Of a stretch of 64,000 nucleotides of DNA, positions 9,904 to 20,027 are shown in pieces (positions within the stretch are counted from its first letter, which is position 1; the number at the start of each line of letters is the position of its first letter). The notes under the pieces were generated by a model. It did not search any database. It was not told where the DNA came from and saw only the letters and a list, made by a program, of their open reading frames with translations. The stretch comes from a bacterium (GTDB taxonomy: Bacteria > UBA8248). The position numbers and the translations under genes are program-made. The stretch is taken from NCBI GenBank assembly GCA_965200245.1, contig CBDATS010000008.1, positions 64,001-128,000 of the forward strand, read 5' to 3'.

Positions 9904-10872
9904 ATGAAAGTAGTGATTTCAGATGATTACCAGGATTGTATCCGCTACCTCCATTGTTTCTCCAAAATGGCGGGACATGACATCACCATCTACAATGACA
10001 CGCTCGACGAAATAGATGCCCTTGCAGAGCGGTTCCGGAACGCAGAAGCTATCGTCCTCATAAGGGAACGTACCCACATTACAGAAGCGTTGCTCGCCAG
10101 ACTCCCCAATCTCAAAATCGTGAGCCAGACAGGAGCCGGGTTCGGTTCACACGTCGATCTGGAAGCCTGCACGCGCCACAAGGTGGCCGTGGCCGCGGGA
10201 GGCACCGGCACGCATTCCACTTGTGAACTCACTTGGGGACTCATCCACTGCGCGATGCGCTCTATTCCCCAAGAAATAACAAGCCTGGTGGAAGGCGGCT
10301 GGCAGGCAACACTGGGCGAGGACCTATTCGGCAAAACGCTTGGCGTGTATTCCTACGGCAACATCGGGGTCCAGGTGGCTGCCGTGGGACAGGCATTCGG
10401 CATGAACGTCATCACATACGGCAGAGAGGGTTCCGCCGAGCGTGCAAAGGCGGACGGCGTACCGATGGCTGACAGCAAAGAAGCGCTCTTCGCGGAGGCC
10501 GACATAGTAAGTCTCCATATTCGCTTGATTCCCCAGACGAGGGGTATCGTGACAGCGAGGGATTTGCACCTCATGAAGCCGAGCGCCCTTTTGGTGAACA
10601 CCAGTCGCGCCGGACTGATAGAAGAAGGTGCTCTCGAGGCTGCGCTCAAGGCGGGAAGGCCCGGTTTCGCTGCCGTGGACGTGTATGAAAAAGAACCGGT
10701 TCGCGGAGCGGAACACCCACTCCTGAGCATGGAGAACGTGGTTTGTACGCCCCATCTGGGCTATGTCACGCGTGGCACGTTCGAGAGGTATTTCGGAATC
10801 GCTTTCGATCAAGTCAATGCCTTCGCCGATGGAAATCCGATCAACATCCACAACCCCGAAGTGCTGGATTGA
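9904..10872 (+). CDS. D-2-hydroxyacid dehydrogenase family protein
   Basis: LIRERT, LGVYSYGNIG, LVNTSRAGL, AVDVYEKEP, TPHLGY. Confidence 0.92.
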   Translation: MKVVISDDYQDCIRYLHCFSKMAGHDITIYNDTLDEIDALAERFRNAEAIVLIRERTHITEALLARLPNLKIVSQTGAGFGSHVDLEACTRHKVAVAAGGTGTHSTCELTWGLIHCAMRSIPQEITSLVEGGWQATLGEDLFGKTLGVYSYGNIGVQVAAVGQAFGMNVITYGREGSAERAKADGVPMADSKEALFAEADIVSLHIRLIPQTRGIVTARDLHLMKPSALLVNTSRAGLIEEGALEAALKAGRPGFAAVDVYEKEPVRGAEHPLLSMENVVCTPHLGYVTRGTFERYFGIAFDQVNAFADGNPINIHNPEVLD

Positions 10873-10973
10873 GGGTGACTTCGCCTCGGTCCCGCAGGCG
10901 GCTTGATTTTTCACGCAAGCCGGTGTTGAATCGCCTCCCAATGCCGTGAAATTACTTCCAGAGGGCAACCAGC

Positions 10974-12116
10974 TTGGATTTTTCTTTCAATGAACGCCAG
11001 GAACTCATGCGCCGCACGTTGCATGAGCTTTTGGAGCGGGTATGTCCCCCAGAATACGCGATGGAGTGTGACAAAAGGGGCGAAGCTCCCGTCGAGGCGT
11101 ACAAGGCTTTGGCTGAAGACGGCTGGATTGGTGTGTCCACGCCCGAAGAATATGGCGGCATGGGAGGCGACGCGCTCGATCTGGCCCTTGTCCTTGAAAC
11201 CACCGGAATGCATTACCTTGACCTTGCCACCATGATATTCAGAAACGTCTGCTACGGAGTGGACGCTCTCCTCGAAAGCGGAACGGACGCGCAGAAAAAA
11301 GACTTCATCCCTGCCACCATACTGGGGAAGAAATATTTTGCGTTCAGTCTCACAGAGCCTGACGCTGGTTCGGATGCGGCGGCCATCATAGCCCGTGCTA
11401 ATCGGGAAGAAAACCGATTCCGCATCACAGGCACCAAAAATTTTACTTCCGGCATGCCTACGGCTACGCATATTCTCGTTGCCGTGCGCACGGACAACTC
11501 CGGAGCCAAGCACGAGGGCATCACAAATTTCATCATCCCTGCCGACACCGAGGGTGTCACCTGGTCGAAACTCGATTTGCTCGGACACCGGGCAATGGGT
11601 ACTTGTGTGGTGCACTACGACGCCGTGGATGCGAGCGAGGCCGATGTTTTGGGAGAAGTGGGGGACGGCTGGAAGGGCTTGATGGCCTATATTACCACCG
11701 AGCGCCTGTGTCTTTCCGCAGCGCGTACGGGTGCGGCGGCGGCGGCCCTTGAATTGGCTCTCAATCATGCGAAAGAGAGAAAACAGTTCGGTCGCCCCAT
11801 CGGAAAATTCCAGGCAGTGAGCCATATGCTCACCGAAATGCACATGCTCGTCGATACAGCGCGGTTGCAAGTCTACCGGTTCGCGTGGCTGGTGTCTCAG
11901 GGAAAGGCGGGGCGAATCGAAGCAGCGACGCTCAAGCTCTACGCCGGAGAGGCTTATAAGCAGGTGGCCGACTTGGGCGTACAGGTGATGGGTGGGTACG
12001 GCTACAGCGGAGAATATGCCATGGAGCGTCATTACCGGGACGCGCGTCTCGCCACCATCGGCGCGGGTACGAGCGAAGTGCAAAGAAACATCATCGCCAA
12101 GGCACTGGGGCTTTGA
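10974..12116 (+). CDS. Acyl-CoA dehydrogenase
   Basis: FSLTEPDAGSD, GTKNFTS, ERKQFGRPIGKFQAV, GGYGY, RDARLATIGAGTSEVQRNII. Confidence 0.95.
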   Translation: MDFSFNERQELMRRTLHELLERVCPPEYAMECDKRGEAPVEAYKALAEDGWIGVSTPEEYGGMGGDALDLALVLETTGMHYLDLATMIFRNVCYGVDALLESGTDAQKKDFIPATILGKKYFAFSLTEPDAGSDAAAIIARANREENRFRITGTKNFTSGMPTATHILVAVRTDNSGAKHEGITNFIIPADTEGVTWSKLDLLGHRAMGTCVVHYDAVDASEADVLGEVGDGWKGLMAYITTERLCLSAARTGAAAAALELALNHAKERKQFGRPIGKFQAVSHMLTEMHMLVDTARLQVYRFAWLVSQGKAGRIEAATLKLYAGEAYKQVADLGVQVMGGYGYSGEYAMERHYRDARLATIGAGTSEVQRNIIAKALGL

Positions 12117-12202
12117 CCTCCACACGTTTGATGACTTCACCGAATGAGCCGGAGCTGACAGCTATTCGAATGATGCAGTGATTCTTATGAGGAAGCGAAT
12201 AC

Positions 12203-12670
12203 ATGCCTTTGGATAAAAGCGTACTGGACAGAACCTTTCCTGAATTTGAATTCCGGGTCGAACGCGGAAAAATCAGGGAATACGCCCTTGCACTGGGACT
12301 AACCGACCCGGTGCACACGGATGTGGAGGCCGCTAGGTCGGCAGGCTTTGAAGATCTGCTTGCTCCACCCACGTTCGTGCGCCAGTTCTGGCATGAAAAT
12401 CACGGGAACGACCCTATGCCACATCTGGGTTATGATCCCAAGCGCCGCCTCCACGGGGAGCAAGAATTCGAGTACCATAAACCCTTGGTTGCAGGCATGA
12501 ACCTGAAAGGCCGAAACGCCATTGTCTCCACGCGCGAGAAAGAAGGTCGCCGAGGAGGAATGATGACTTTCGTTGTTATCGAAACAAAGTTCGTGGACGA
12601 GACGGGCGATTTAGTTCAGGTGGCGAGGCGAACCCTCATCGAAACCGCGGCCCCTCCCAAAGAGGCCTGA
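12203..12670 (+). CDS. MaoC/FAS1-like dehydratase N-terminal subunit (HadA-like)
   Basis: VERGKIREYA, APPTF, LHGEQEFEY. Confidence 0.88.
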   Translation: MPLDKSVLDRTFPEFEFRVERGKIREYALALGLTDPVHTDVEAARSAGFEDLLAPPTFVRQFWHENHGNDPMPHLGYDPKRRLHGEQEFEYHKPLVAGMNLKGRNAIVSTREKEGRRGGMMTFVVIETKFVDETGDLVQVARRTLIETAAPPKEA

Positions 12671-13113
12671 TGGAGCCCTACATGACAACGATCATTGAAT
12701 ACGCGAAATGGGAAGAACTCACCGAAGGTGCCGAGCACGAGTTGACGTCAGGTCCCATCACCCGGACCGACTTGGTCCGCTACGCTGGTGCCAGCGGAGA
12801 TTTCAACCCCAACCATCACGATGAGATTTACGCCATCCGGGCAGGATTTGACAAACCCTTCGCGCACGGGATGCTGCAAGGGGGATATCTCGCTCGCCTT
12901 CTCAGTGAATGGCTGGGACCAGATTCTCTCAAGAACCTGAAGCTCCGCTTCAGTGCCCAAGCGTGGCCTGGCGACATGGTGATTTGCAAAGCCAGGGTCG
13001 TGCGCCATTATGAAGAGGCAAGCGAGCGTCTGGTGGAAATCGAAGCGAGCGCAGAGAACCAGCGTGGTGACGTGCTCATCAAGGCGACGGCGACAGCCGC
13101 TCCCAAAAACTGA
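12670..13113 (+). CDS. MaoC dehydratase catalytic subunit (HadB-like)
   Basis: YAGASGDFNPNHHDE...AHGML hydratase motif. Coupled to the upstream gene via TGATG. Confidence 0.9.
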   Translation: MEPYMTTIIEYAKWEELTEGAEHELTSGPITRTDLVRYAGASGDFNPNHHDEIYAIRAGFDKPFAHGMLQGGYLARLLSEWLGPDSLKNLKLRFSAQAWPGDMVICKARVVRHYEEASERLVEIEASAENQRGDVLIKATATAAPKN

Positions 13114-13129
13114 CTTCAGGATTACTCGA

Positions 13130-14341
13130 ATGCTGGAAGGTTACCGGATTCTGGATCTCGGACAAGTCATCGCAGGAACCATCGGCGGCATGATCCTCGC
13201 AGATATGGGCGCCGAGGTGATCAAAGTAGAATCACCCCAGGGCGACATAGGACGCAATCCCGCCATCGCGGGCATCGGTGCTGTTTCAAGCATCTTTCTT
13301 ACCTTCAACCGGAACAAGAAGGGTATCGTTATTGATTTGAAGAAACCCGAAGGCAAGGGTGTGTTTCTCTCTCTGGTGGAAAAATCTGACGCCGTAATTG
13401 TGAACTTCCGGCCCGGTACGATGGATCGTCTCGGTCTCGGGTTCGACGTGATGAGACAGCGAAACTCCGATATCGTGTTCGTCGATTCGAGTGGATACGG
13501 AGAACAGGGCCCCTGGCGCGACAAGCCCGCCTTCGATCTGGTCGAGCAGGCCGTTAGTGGCCACATGTCCATTACAGGCGAGCCAAACCGTCCGCCTGCC
13601 AGAAATGGCTCACCCACGGCGGATATCTCCACCGCCCTCTATACGGCCATCGCCTGCATGGCGGGTTTGCTGGCCAAGGCGAAAGGGAAAAATGGGACAC
13701 ACCTGGAAGTGCCCATGTTCGACGTTCAACTTGCCATGCTCGGCTATATCTCGACCATGTATCTCAACAACGGCGATATCCCGGAACCGCCCGGCAACGC
13801 TCATGAGTACATGGTGCCCTATCAAGCGTTCCCGACGGCCACGATATATATCGTGCTCTCCCCGCGAGAGGAGCGTTTCTGGAAAAAAATGTGCGAGGTC
13901 ATGGGGATGGATGAACTGGCGGACGACCCGCGCTTTCGAACGAACGACCTGCGTTCAAAGAACAGGCACATCCTTCTCCCCATCATGGAAGAAATCCTGA
14001 TGACCCGATCAGGTGAGGAATGGCTTGAACTTTTCGAGGCGTCTGGAGTTCCTTCCGCGCCGGTGAACCCGCTCGACCGCGCACTCGATAACGAGCAAGT
14101 CAAGGCTAGGCGACTGATACGTAAATACGAATATCCCGAAGTAGGAACCGTTCGGATAGTGGGTAATCCCATACTCAACCGCACGGAAAACGGAAACCCG
14201 GACCCCAGGCCCGCTCCACTTCATGGAGGCGACACCGAGGCAATCCTCCGCGAAGTTCTCCTCATGTCGGATGGGCACATTCGCTCGCTCATCGAATCCG
14301 GGGCCGTTATGACCTCAGGTTCAGAGGTTCCCGGAAAATAA
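13130..14341 (+). CDS. Class III CoA-transferase (CaiB/BaiF)
   Basis: LADMGAEVIKVE, NRNKKGI, NFRPG, SGYG..GP, catalytic Asp in PTADIST. Confidence 0.93.
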   Translation: MLEGYRILDLGQVIAGTIGGMILADMGAEVIKVESPQGDIGRNPAIAGIGAVSSIFLTFNRNKKGIVIDLKKPEGKGVFLSLVEKSDAVIVNFRPGTMDRLGLGFDVMRQRNSDIVFVDSSGYGEQGPWRDKPAFDLVEQAVSGHMSITGEPNRPPARNGSPTADISTALYTAIACMAGLLAKAKGKNGTHLEVPMFDVQLAMLGYISTMYLNNGDIPEPPGNAHEYMVPYQAFPTATIYIVLSPREERFWKKMCEVMGMDELADDPRFRTNDLRSKNRHILLPIMEEILMTRSGEEWLELFEASGVPSAPVNPLDRALDNEQVKARRLIRKYEYPEVGTVRIVGNPILNRTENGNPDPRPAPLHGGDTEAILREVLLMSDGHIRSLIESGAVMTSGSEVPGK

Positions 14342-14369
14342 GCTCCTGTTTCTCAACGTCAATCTAATT

Positions 14370-14549
14370 CCAGCAACTCACCCGTTTTTCTACGAACACT
14401 GCTGGCTGGATTCTTGGTGCTGCGCCTGCCATCGTGTGTTCAAAGTGGCGCGAACCATCAGCGACCTCGATGGTGAAGGGGATATCGCTCTCCAGCGCGC
14501 GTCGGAAGCGGCTCATTACCGCCAACTGGACAGACAAATGCTCGTTTGA
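14370..14549 (+). pseudogene. comM: 3' remnant of comM/YifB Mg-chelatase-like AAA ATPase
   Basis: 14424-14549 translates ACHRVFKVARTISDLDGEGDIALQRASEAAHYRQLDRQMLV*, matching the ComM C-terminal consensus AYHRILKVARTIADL...EAIQYRSLDR. Confidence 0.75.
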
Positions 14550-14570
14550 TTTCTCATCCTGGTCTTGAGA

Positions 14571-14599
14571 TTGACGCGCATTCGCCTAGTTTGTATTTT
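14571..14599 (+). promoter_or_regulatory. Putative sigma70 promoter for the LLM monooxygenase operon
   Basis: TTGACG-N17-TATTTT about 80 nt upstream of ATG 14678. Confidence 0.45.
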
Positions 14600-14677
14600 C
14601 AGAATCTGGCGCAGAAAATACGCAAACATCCCTTTTGCGTTATATTGAGTACTCCCCTTACTTCGGAGGTTTCGCAT

Positions 14678-15793
14678 ATGGGAACGGAATACGCCTGGTT
14701 TCTCCCGTCGGCCAGGGCAGGAGACGGTCACAAGATCAATACCAGGGTGCCGGAGCGAAAACCCACCATCGAGTATCTCTCCCAGGTTGCGAGTGCCGCC
14801 GAGCGAGCCGGTTTCGTGAACCTTTTGCTTCCCACCGGTACCCATTGCATGGACGCTTGGCTCGTGGCCGCGGGCGTAGCCCAGCATACGGAGAAAATCA
14901 AGTTTTGCGTGGCGTTCCGCCCCGGGCTCACCAGCCCCGTATTCGCCGCCCAGACGGCGAGCACGCTCGACGCGCTCACCGGCGGTCGTCTTACGCTCAA
15001 CGTCGTCACCGGTTCAAGTCACGTGGAGCAGATGCGCTACGGTGACCACCTTGCGCACGATGAGCGCTACGACAGGACGGAGGAGTTCCTGGACATCGTT
15101 ACCCGCATCTGGAGCGCCGATGATCCCATAACCTACGAGGGTAGATATTACGACATACGCGAAGCCGCCTTTTTCCCGATCCACATCTCCAAACCTTGGC
15201 CGCCCATCTACCTAGGTGGGAGTTCAGAGCCCGGCCGCCGTGTGGGGGCGAAATTTTCGGACGTACATATGATGTACGCCGTGGATGTGGAGACCATTGC
15301 CAAAGATGTACTTGACATGAAGCGCCGCGCCGCGGAGTTTGGGCGCGAGGACAAGATACAATTCGGAGTCAGGATGCACATCCTCTGCAGAGAATCCAGG
15401 GCGGAGGCGAAGCGAGCGGCGGAGGCGCTAATCGAGGGAAGTGACATATCGAACGTGCAGGCCTGGGCCGACATGAAAACCAGAACGGAAAGCACGGGCC
15501 AGACGCGTGTCAACGAACTGGCGAAGGGTGAGTCACTTTGGATTACCGACACCTTATGGATGGGCGTGAACACCGTCCGCGCGGGCGCGGGTGCCTCGCT
15601 GGTGGGTACACCCGACATGATCGCAAAAGCGCTCAAGGAGTATGTAGACGCGGGGGTTCACACGTTTATCCTGTCCGGCTGGCCCCATGTCGAAGAAGTG
15701 GAGATATTTGGCCGCGAGATCATGCCGCTGCTCGCGGCGACTGATCCCATCAACGTGGATGAGCCGTTGCCCGCGCTTGCCGAATACGACTGA
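14678..15793 (+). CDS. LLM flavin-dependent monooxygenase, SsuD-like
   Basis: WFLP..GDG, AAERAGF..LLPTG..CMDAW, AFRPG, LNVVTG, HDERY..EEFL, GGSS, LVGTP, FILSGWPH. Confidence 0.88.
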   Translation: MGTEYAWFLPSARAGDGHKINTRVPERKPTIEYLSQVASAAERAGFVNLLLPTGTHCMDAWLVAAGVAQHTEKIKFCVAFRPGLTSPVFAAQTASTLDALTGGRLTLNVVTGSSHVEQMRYGDHLAHDERYDRTEEFLDIVTRIWSADDPITYEGRYYDIREAAFFPIHISKPWPPIYLGGSSEPGRRVGAKFSDVHMMYAVDVETIAKDVLDMKRRAAEFGREDKIQFGVRMHILCRESRAEAKRAAEALIEGSDISNVQAWADMKTRTESTGQTRVNELAKGESLWITDTLWMGVNTVRAGAGASLVGTPDMIAKALKEYVDAGVHTFILSGWPHVEEVEIFGREIMPLLAATDPINVDEPLPALAEYD

Positions 15794-15836
15794 TGAAATA
15801 AAATACTGCCAAAGCAACATGAAGAGGAAACTTTTG

Positions 15837-17015
15837 ATGAGCAATTCCGCTGGTGTACTCTATACTGATTCAAAAAAATGGGTCGATCTCGCAGAATCGC
15901 TGGCCAATGAGAAATTCGAGCCACGGGCCAAGACGATTGACGAGGAATCACGCTTCCCGGCCGAGAACTATCGGGATCTGGCCGACGCAGGTCTTCTCTC
16001 CCTCATGGTGCCCAAGGAATTCGGTGGCATTGGAGCGGATTCGCTCACTTACGTCACAGTGCTTTCGAAGATCGCGAAAGGCTGCGCATCCACGGGTTTA
16101 ACCTTCAACATGCACAGTGCCGTTGTGGATTTTCTGGGACAAATCGCCTCAAAAGAACAGATGGAGCGCTATTTCTCGGAAGTGGTGAACGAAGGAGCCA
16201 TCTTCGCCTCCATCACGAGCGAGCCGGGCAGTTCCTTTCGCGACAAGCTGGCGGTACGCACTTCCATCCGCGAGGACAACGGCCTCTACCGCCTGCAGGG
16301 CAAGAAACACTTTTGCTCCCTATCCACCGGGGCGACATATTACTTCACCTGGAGCTACCTGGACGGCGCGGAGACACTCCAGGATGGCCTTTTGAACGTG
16401 ATGATACCCTCGTCGAGAGAAAACATAGAAATCCTTGACGATTGGCACACCATCGGCATGCGGGGAACAGCGTCGAACTCGCTGATGTTTCACGACGTTG
16501 CCGTGAGGCCGAATGAAATCATCGGGGAGCCGGGCAGTATTCTGGGCAAGGATATGAGCATGTGGTCTCTGGGTTACACTGCCGTCTACATCGGCATCGC
16601 GGAAGCGGCCTATCAATTCACTGTGGATTACGTCAACAAGACGAAATCTGGACTCGGGGTTCCTCTCGGGGAACTCGACCGGACACAACGCCAGATCGGC
16701 GAAATGGCCATGCTACTGGAAAATGCGCGCCGGGCTGCCGAGAAACTGGGCGCGCTCAGGGGGAACCTCGGCAAAATGGAGTTGACCTTCATCCTGAACC
16801 AGGCGAAGTACTTGGCTACCGAGGCTGCCAAGGAACTCGCTGAGCAGGGAATCCGTCTGTGTGGCGGACGCGGGCTTCACCGCTCCTTGCCGCTTGAACG
16901 TCATTTGAGAGACGCGGTGGCCGGTATCGTTATGCCGCCTGCCAACGACCGCTGTCTCGAAACCATCGGGCAAATCGCGCTGGGCCGCGAAGCGAAAACG
17001 CTCGACTTTCAGTAA
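15837..17015 (+). CDS. Acyl-CoA dehydrogenase-fold protein (YdbM/DszC/SfnB-like)
   Basis: GKKHFCS, DDWHTIGMRGTAS, AVYIGIAEAA, LERHLRDA. No IYEGT catalytic motif. Confidence 0.85.
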   Translation: MSNSAGVLYTDSKKWVDLAESLANEKFEPRAKTIDEESRFPAENYRDLADAGLLSLMVPKEFGGIGADSLTYVTVLSKIAKGCASTGLTFNMHSAVVDFLGQIASKEQMERYFSEVVNEGAIFASITSEPGSSFRDKLAVRTSIREDNGLYRLQGKKHFCSLSTGATYYFTWSYLDGAETLQDGLLNVMIPSSRENIEILDDWHTIGMRGTASNSLMFHDVAVRPNEIIGEPGSILGKDMSMWSLGYTAVYIGIAEAAYQFTVDYVNKTKSGLGVPLGELDRTQRQIGEMAMLLENARRAAEKLGALRGNLGKMELTFILNQAKYLATEAAKELAEQGIRLCGGRGLHRSLPLERHLRDAVAGIVMPPANDRCLETIGQIALGREAKTLDFQ

Positions 17016-17102
17016 TACTCTGTCAGAAAGACTTCATCCGGTCCGATAATCTGGGCCAGCAAATATCTCTGGCCATGGACATAGGCGCGAGTGGATTACA
17101 AC

Positions 17103-18659
17103 CTATTGTCTCGTTCCTGCACTTCCCGCACGGCGCGGGTCGCCGAAAGCAATGATACGCCCGTCATCGATTATCTCAACGGCGTGTACACCACCGAAGA
17201 AGTGGTGTGGATACGTATAGGGCGAAACTTCGAAACCGTGCAGGCGCGCATATTTCAGTACCGCCTCGTCCAGCCCGTTCTCGACATGAAGAGGACCGAT
17301 ATCCAGATGTATGCGGGGGGCTTCCACCGCTTCTTGAAGCGTCTTGTTCCGGTAAAAGATATCCAGAATCACCTGTGCAACCGCTGTGGGAATGCGATAC
17401 GAACCGGGGCTGCCAAGGCCCAAACGCAACTTCTCCTCCACGAAAACCAGGGTGGGAGCATATCCTGCCATGGGACGCTTGCCCGCACCTAAGGAATTAC
17501 CACGCCCCGGGCGGGGGTCCATCCAGTTCGTGTGGTTGTTCAAGAGAATGCCCGTGCCCTGCGGCACAACGCCCGAACCCCAATTCATTCCCAAAGTCTG
17601 CGTATGGCAAACCATGTTTCCTTTGGCGTCCATAATCGTGAAATGAGTGGTTGAACCCGGCTCTGTGTTGTGAAGATGAACGTCAGAAGCTCGCTCCTTC
17701 TCTATCGCGGCAACGGCATATCCCTTGCTCAGGAGTCGCTCCACAGGCATGTCGAAATGGTGAGGATCACCATAGACCGAAAATCTATCTCGAAATGCCG
17801 CACGCATGGCGCGTGCGAGGGCCAGACCACGTGCGGCTTCATTCGCAGCATCCCATTTAGGCAGCAGGACTTCGAGGAAATGCAATATCTGAATCAGGAT
17901 GAGACCGGAAGAAGGAGGTGGCGCAGTCAGAAAATGGAGGTTCCGATAACGCGAGGCGAGTGGTGCCACCCACCTCACACGGTAGTTTTCAAGATCGGAG
18001 ATTCCTGGATAACCTCCGCCGTTCCTCACCTCGTTTACAACAGCCTTTGCGAGCGCGCCCTCATAAAAGGCCTCTGCTCCATTTTGTGCTATTTCTCGAA
18101 GCGTTCTCGCCAAATCCGGTTGGCGCAAGAGCGTCCCTTCGGCATGCGGTTTGCCAGATGATGAATATATTCTCGCGAATTCGGGGTATGCCGCGCAAAT
18201 ATCCCTGAAGCGCTTCCCTTCCTGCTGGAGACGACAGAACCAACCGACATGAAAACCCTCATCCGCCAAGCGGATCGCGCCCTCGAACAAATCGCCCCAG
18301 GGCCGCCGCCCGAATTCGCGGTGAATCGCCTCGAGCCCACGCAGCAACCCCGGAACCAGGATAGAACGGTGGCCTCGACTGTGCTCATGACCGATGTGTT
18401 CGCCGTTTTCATCGCACTCGAAAATACCGGGCTCCATGCCGAAGGGGCATTCATTGCTGAAATCGACGAAGCGCGCTCTTTTCTCGCTCTCGCGCCAGAT
18501 AAGCGCCACACCACCGCCTCCAAGGCCGGAATAAAAAGGCTCCGCCACCCCCAGAGCGAGGGAAACGGCCACCGCAGCATCGCATGCGTCTCCCCCATCT
18601 TGCATTACGCGCAAACCCTCTTCCACCGCTTTTTCGTGGGATGCTGCTACGGCGAACAA
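17103..18659 (-). CDS. ggt: Gamma-glutamyltransferase family protein
   Basis: GGDACDAAVA, EPFYSGLGGGG, VPG, GSTTHF (autocleavage Thr), GILLNN, GSPG, DPRR. TTG start after GGAGG. Confidence 0.88.
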   Translation of the reverse strand: MFAVAASHEKAVEEGLRVMQDGGDACDAAVAVSLALGVAEPFYSGLGGGGVALIWRESEKRARFVDFSNECPFGMEPGIFECDENGEHIGHEHSRGHRSILVPGLLRGLEAIHREFGRRPWGDLFEGAIRLADEGFHVGWFCRLQQEGKRFRDICAAYPEFARIYSSSGKPHAEGTLLRQPDLARTLREIAQNGAEAFYEGALAKAVVNEVRNGGGYPGISDLENYRVRWVAPLASRYRNLHFLTAPPPSSGLILIQILHFLEVLLPKWDAANEAARGLALARAMRAAFRDRFSVYGDPHHFDMPVERLLSKGYAVAAIEKERASDVHLHNTEPGSTTHFTIMDAKGNMVCHTQTLGMNWGSGVVPQGTGILLNNHTNWMDPRPGRGNSLGAGKRPMAGYAPTLVFVEEKLRLGLGSPGSYRIPTAVAQVILDIFYRNKTLQEAVEAPRIHLDIGPLHVENGLDEAVLKYARLHGFEVSPYTYPHHFFGGVHAVEIIDDGRIIAFGDPRRAGSAGTRQ

Positions 18660-18876
18660 CAGAATTCCTCCCCATTTCCTGAACACCCACTCATGTAGAT
18701 CATAAGCACACCGTACCTCAAGGGCGCGCTTGAAAGGCACGGGGCAAGACTTATTGTCCTGGCTTTCGCCTTGTGTAATGACAAAACCGCATTATTTGCT
18801 GAAATTTAGACAGATTACGTTCGAATATTGCCACTTTTCATATGGTCGGCATTCTCGTCGACCCATGGATTCTATT

Positions 18877-20027
18877 ATGACAGAAAAACCGCCAGATGGG
18901 AAAAATCCCTCTCTCGCCGGCTCATCAAAAAAGAAGAAAAGCCAGCCTTCCGCCCCAATAGCCGGCCTCGGAAAAACCTCTTTACACTCTCGTTCGTCAG
19001 AAAATTCCTCTTTTTCCTGGCCCTTAGCGTAGGTCTATTCTTCGCCGCCGAGTCGGGATATTTCTGGTGGCAAATCGTCTTGGAGCGCGGACAAGACAAA
19101 GACTGGTTCGACTCGCGCTTCATCATCGTGATGATGATTCTCACCGTCATAACGCTTACGGCGTTGGTCCTCTGGGAGTTGCGGATGGAGGAGCTCATTG
19201 TCGATTTCAGGGTTCTCAGAAACTTGAACCTGAGCGCCTCGTGGTGCTTATCTTCGGAATCGTGATGTTCGGAACCACCTTCATCCTGCCGCAATTTCTG
19301 CAAAATGTGCTCAAGCACGGCTCTTATGAAACTGGTCTCGTCATGTCACCTAGAGATATCGCGCTGTTTTGCATGATGCCCATAGTGGGCCATCTGTATC
19401 ACCTGCTTGATTACAGGGTGTTGATGTGCGGAGGCGTCGCACTGGCCGTTATCTCTATGTTCCTGATGTCAGGGCTCTCCGTGCAGACGGACTACTGGGA
19501 CATGGTGTCGCGCCTGGTCATACTGGGTTTCGGCATGCCCTTCGTCTTCGTAACGTTGACGACCGTCGCTTTCAGCACCACGCCCCGTGGCTGACATCAA
19601 TTCCGCCACGAGTCTGTACAACCTGGCACGCCGGTTGGGTGGCAACTTGGGCTTCGCCATCATGGCGATATTGCTCGAACGTCGCGCTGCCCTGCACCGC
19701 GTAAACATGGTGGGTAACATCACCGAATCAAACGCAATGTTTCTTACATACAAAGAGACACTCACGGAAATGCTGATCCGCAAGCAGATCGACCCGCATA
19801 CCGCGCAAACGAAAGCAATGGGCCTTATCAATCAGGCCATCGACAGGAAAACTGCCATGCTCGCCTATAATGACATCTACTGGTTTATGGGGTGGGATTT
19901 CATCTTTGTCATTCCTTTCATACTGGTGCTGAAAGTCAAAAAAAAAATGAGTCGCGACCGGTTTTTTAGAAAAAGGAGGATGAAGCATCGATCCTCGGAA
20001 GGAGTCAGGTGGGATGCGCCGGATTGA
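18877..20027 (+). pseudogene. Collapsed EmrA/EmrB (DHA2 MFS) efflux remnant
   Basis: EmrB-like fragments QIVLERGQDKDWFDS, FILPQFLQNVL and SATSLYNLARRLGG lie in three frames (shifts near 19240 and 19590). They are preceded by an EmrA-like TM anchor FLFFLALSVGLFFAAESGYFWW. Confidence 0.75.

Noticed and set aside
10911-12140. 409-aa antisense ORF over the acyl-CoA dehydrogenase (similar shadows over ffh, recA, tsf, argJ, argC, dnaE)
   Set aside because: Typical antisense shadow ORFs of GC-rich codon usage. No motifs or RBS, and the opposite strand carries a clear conserved gene.
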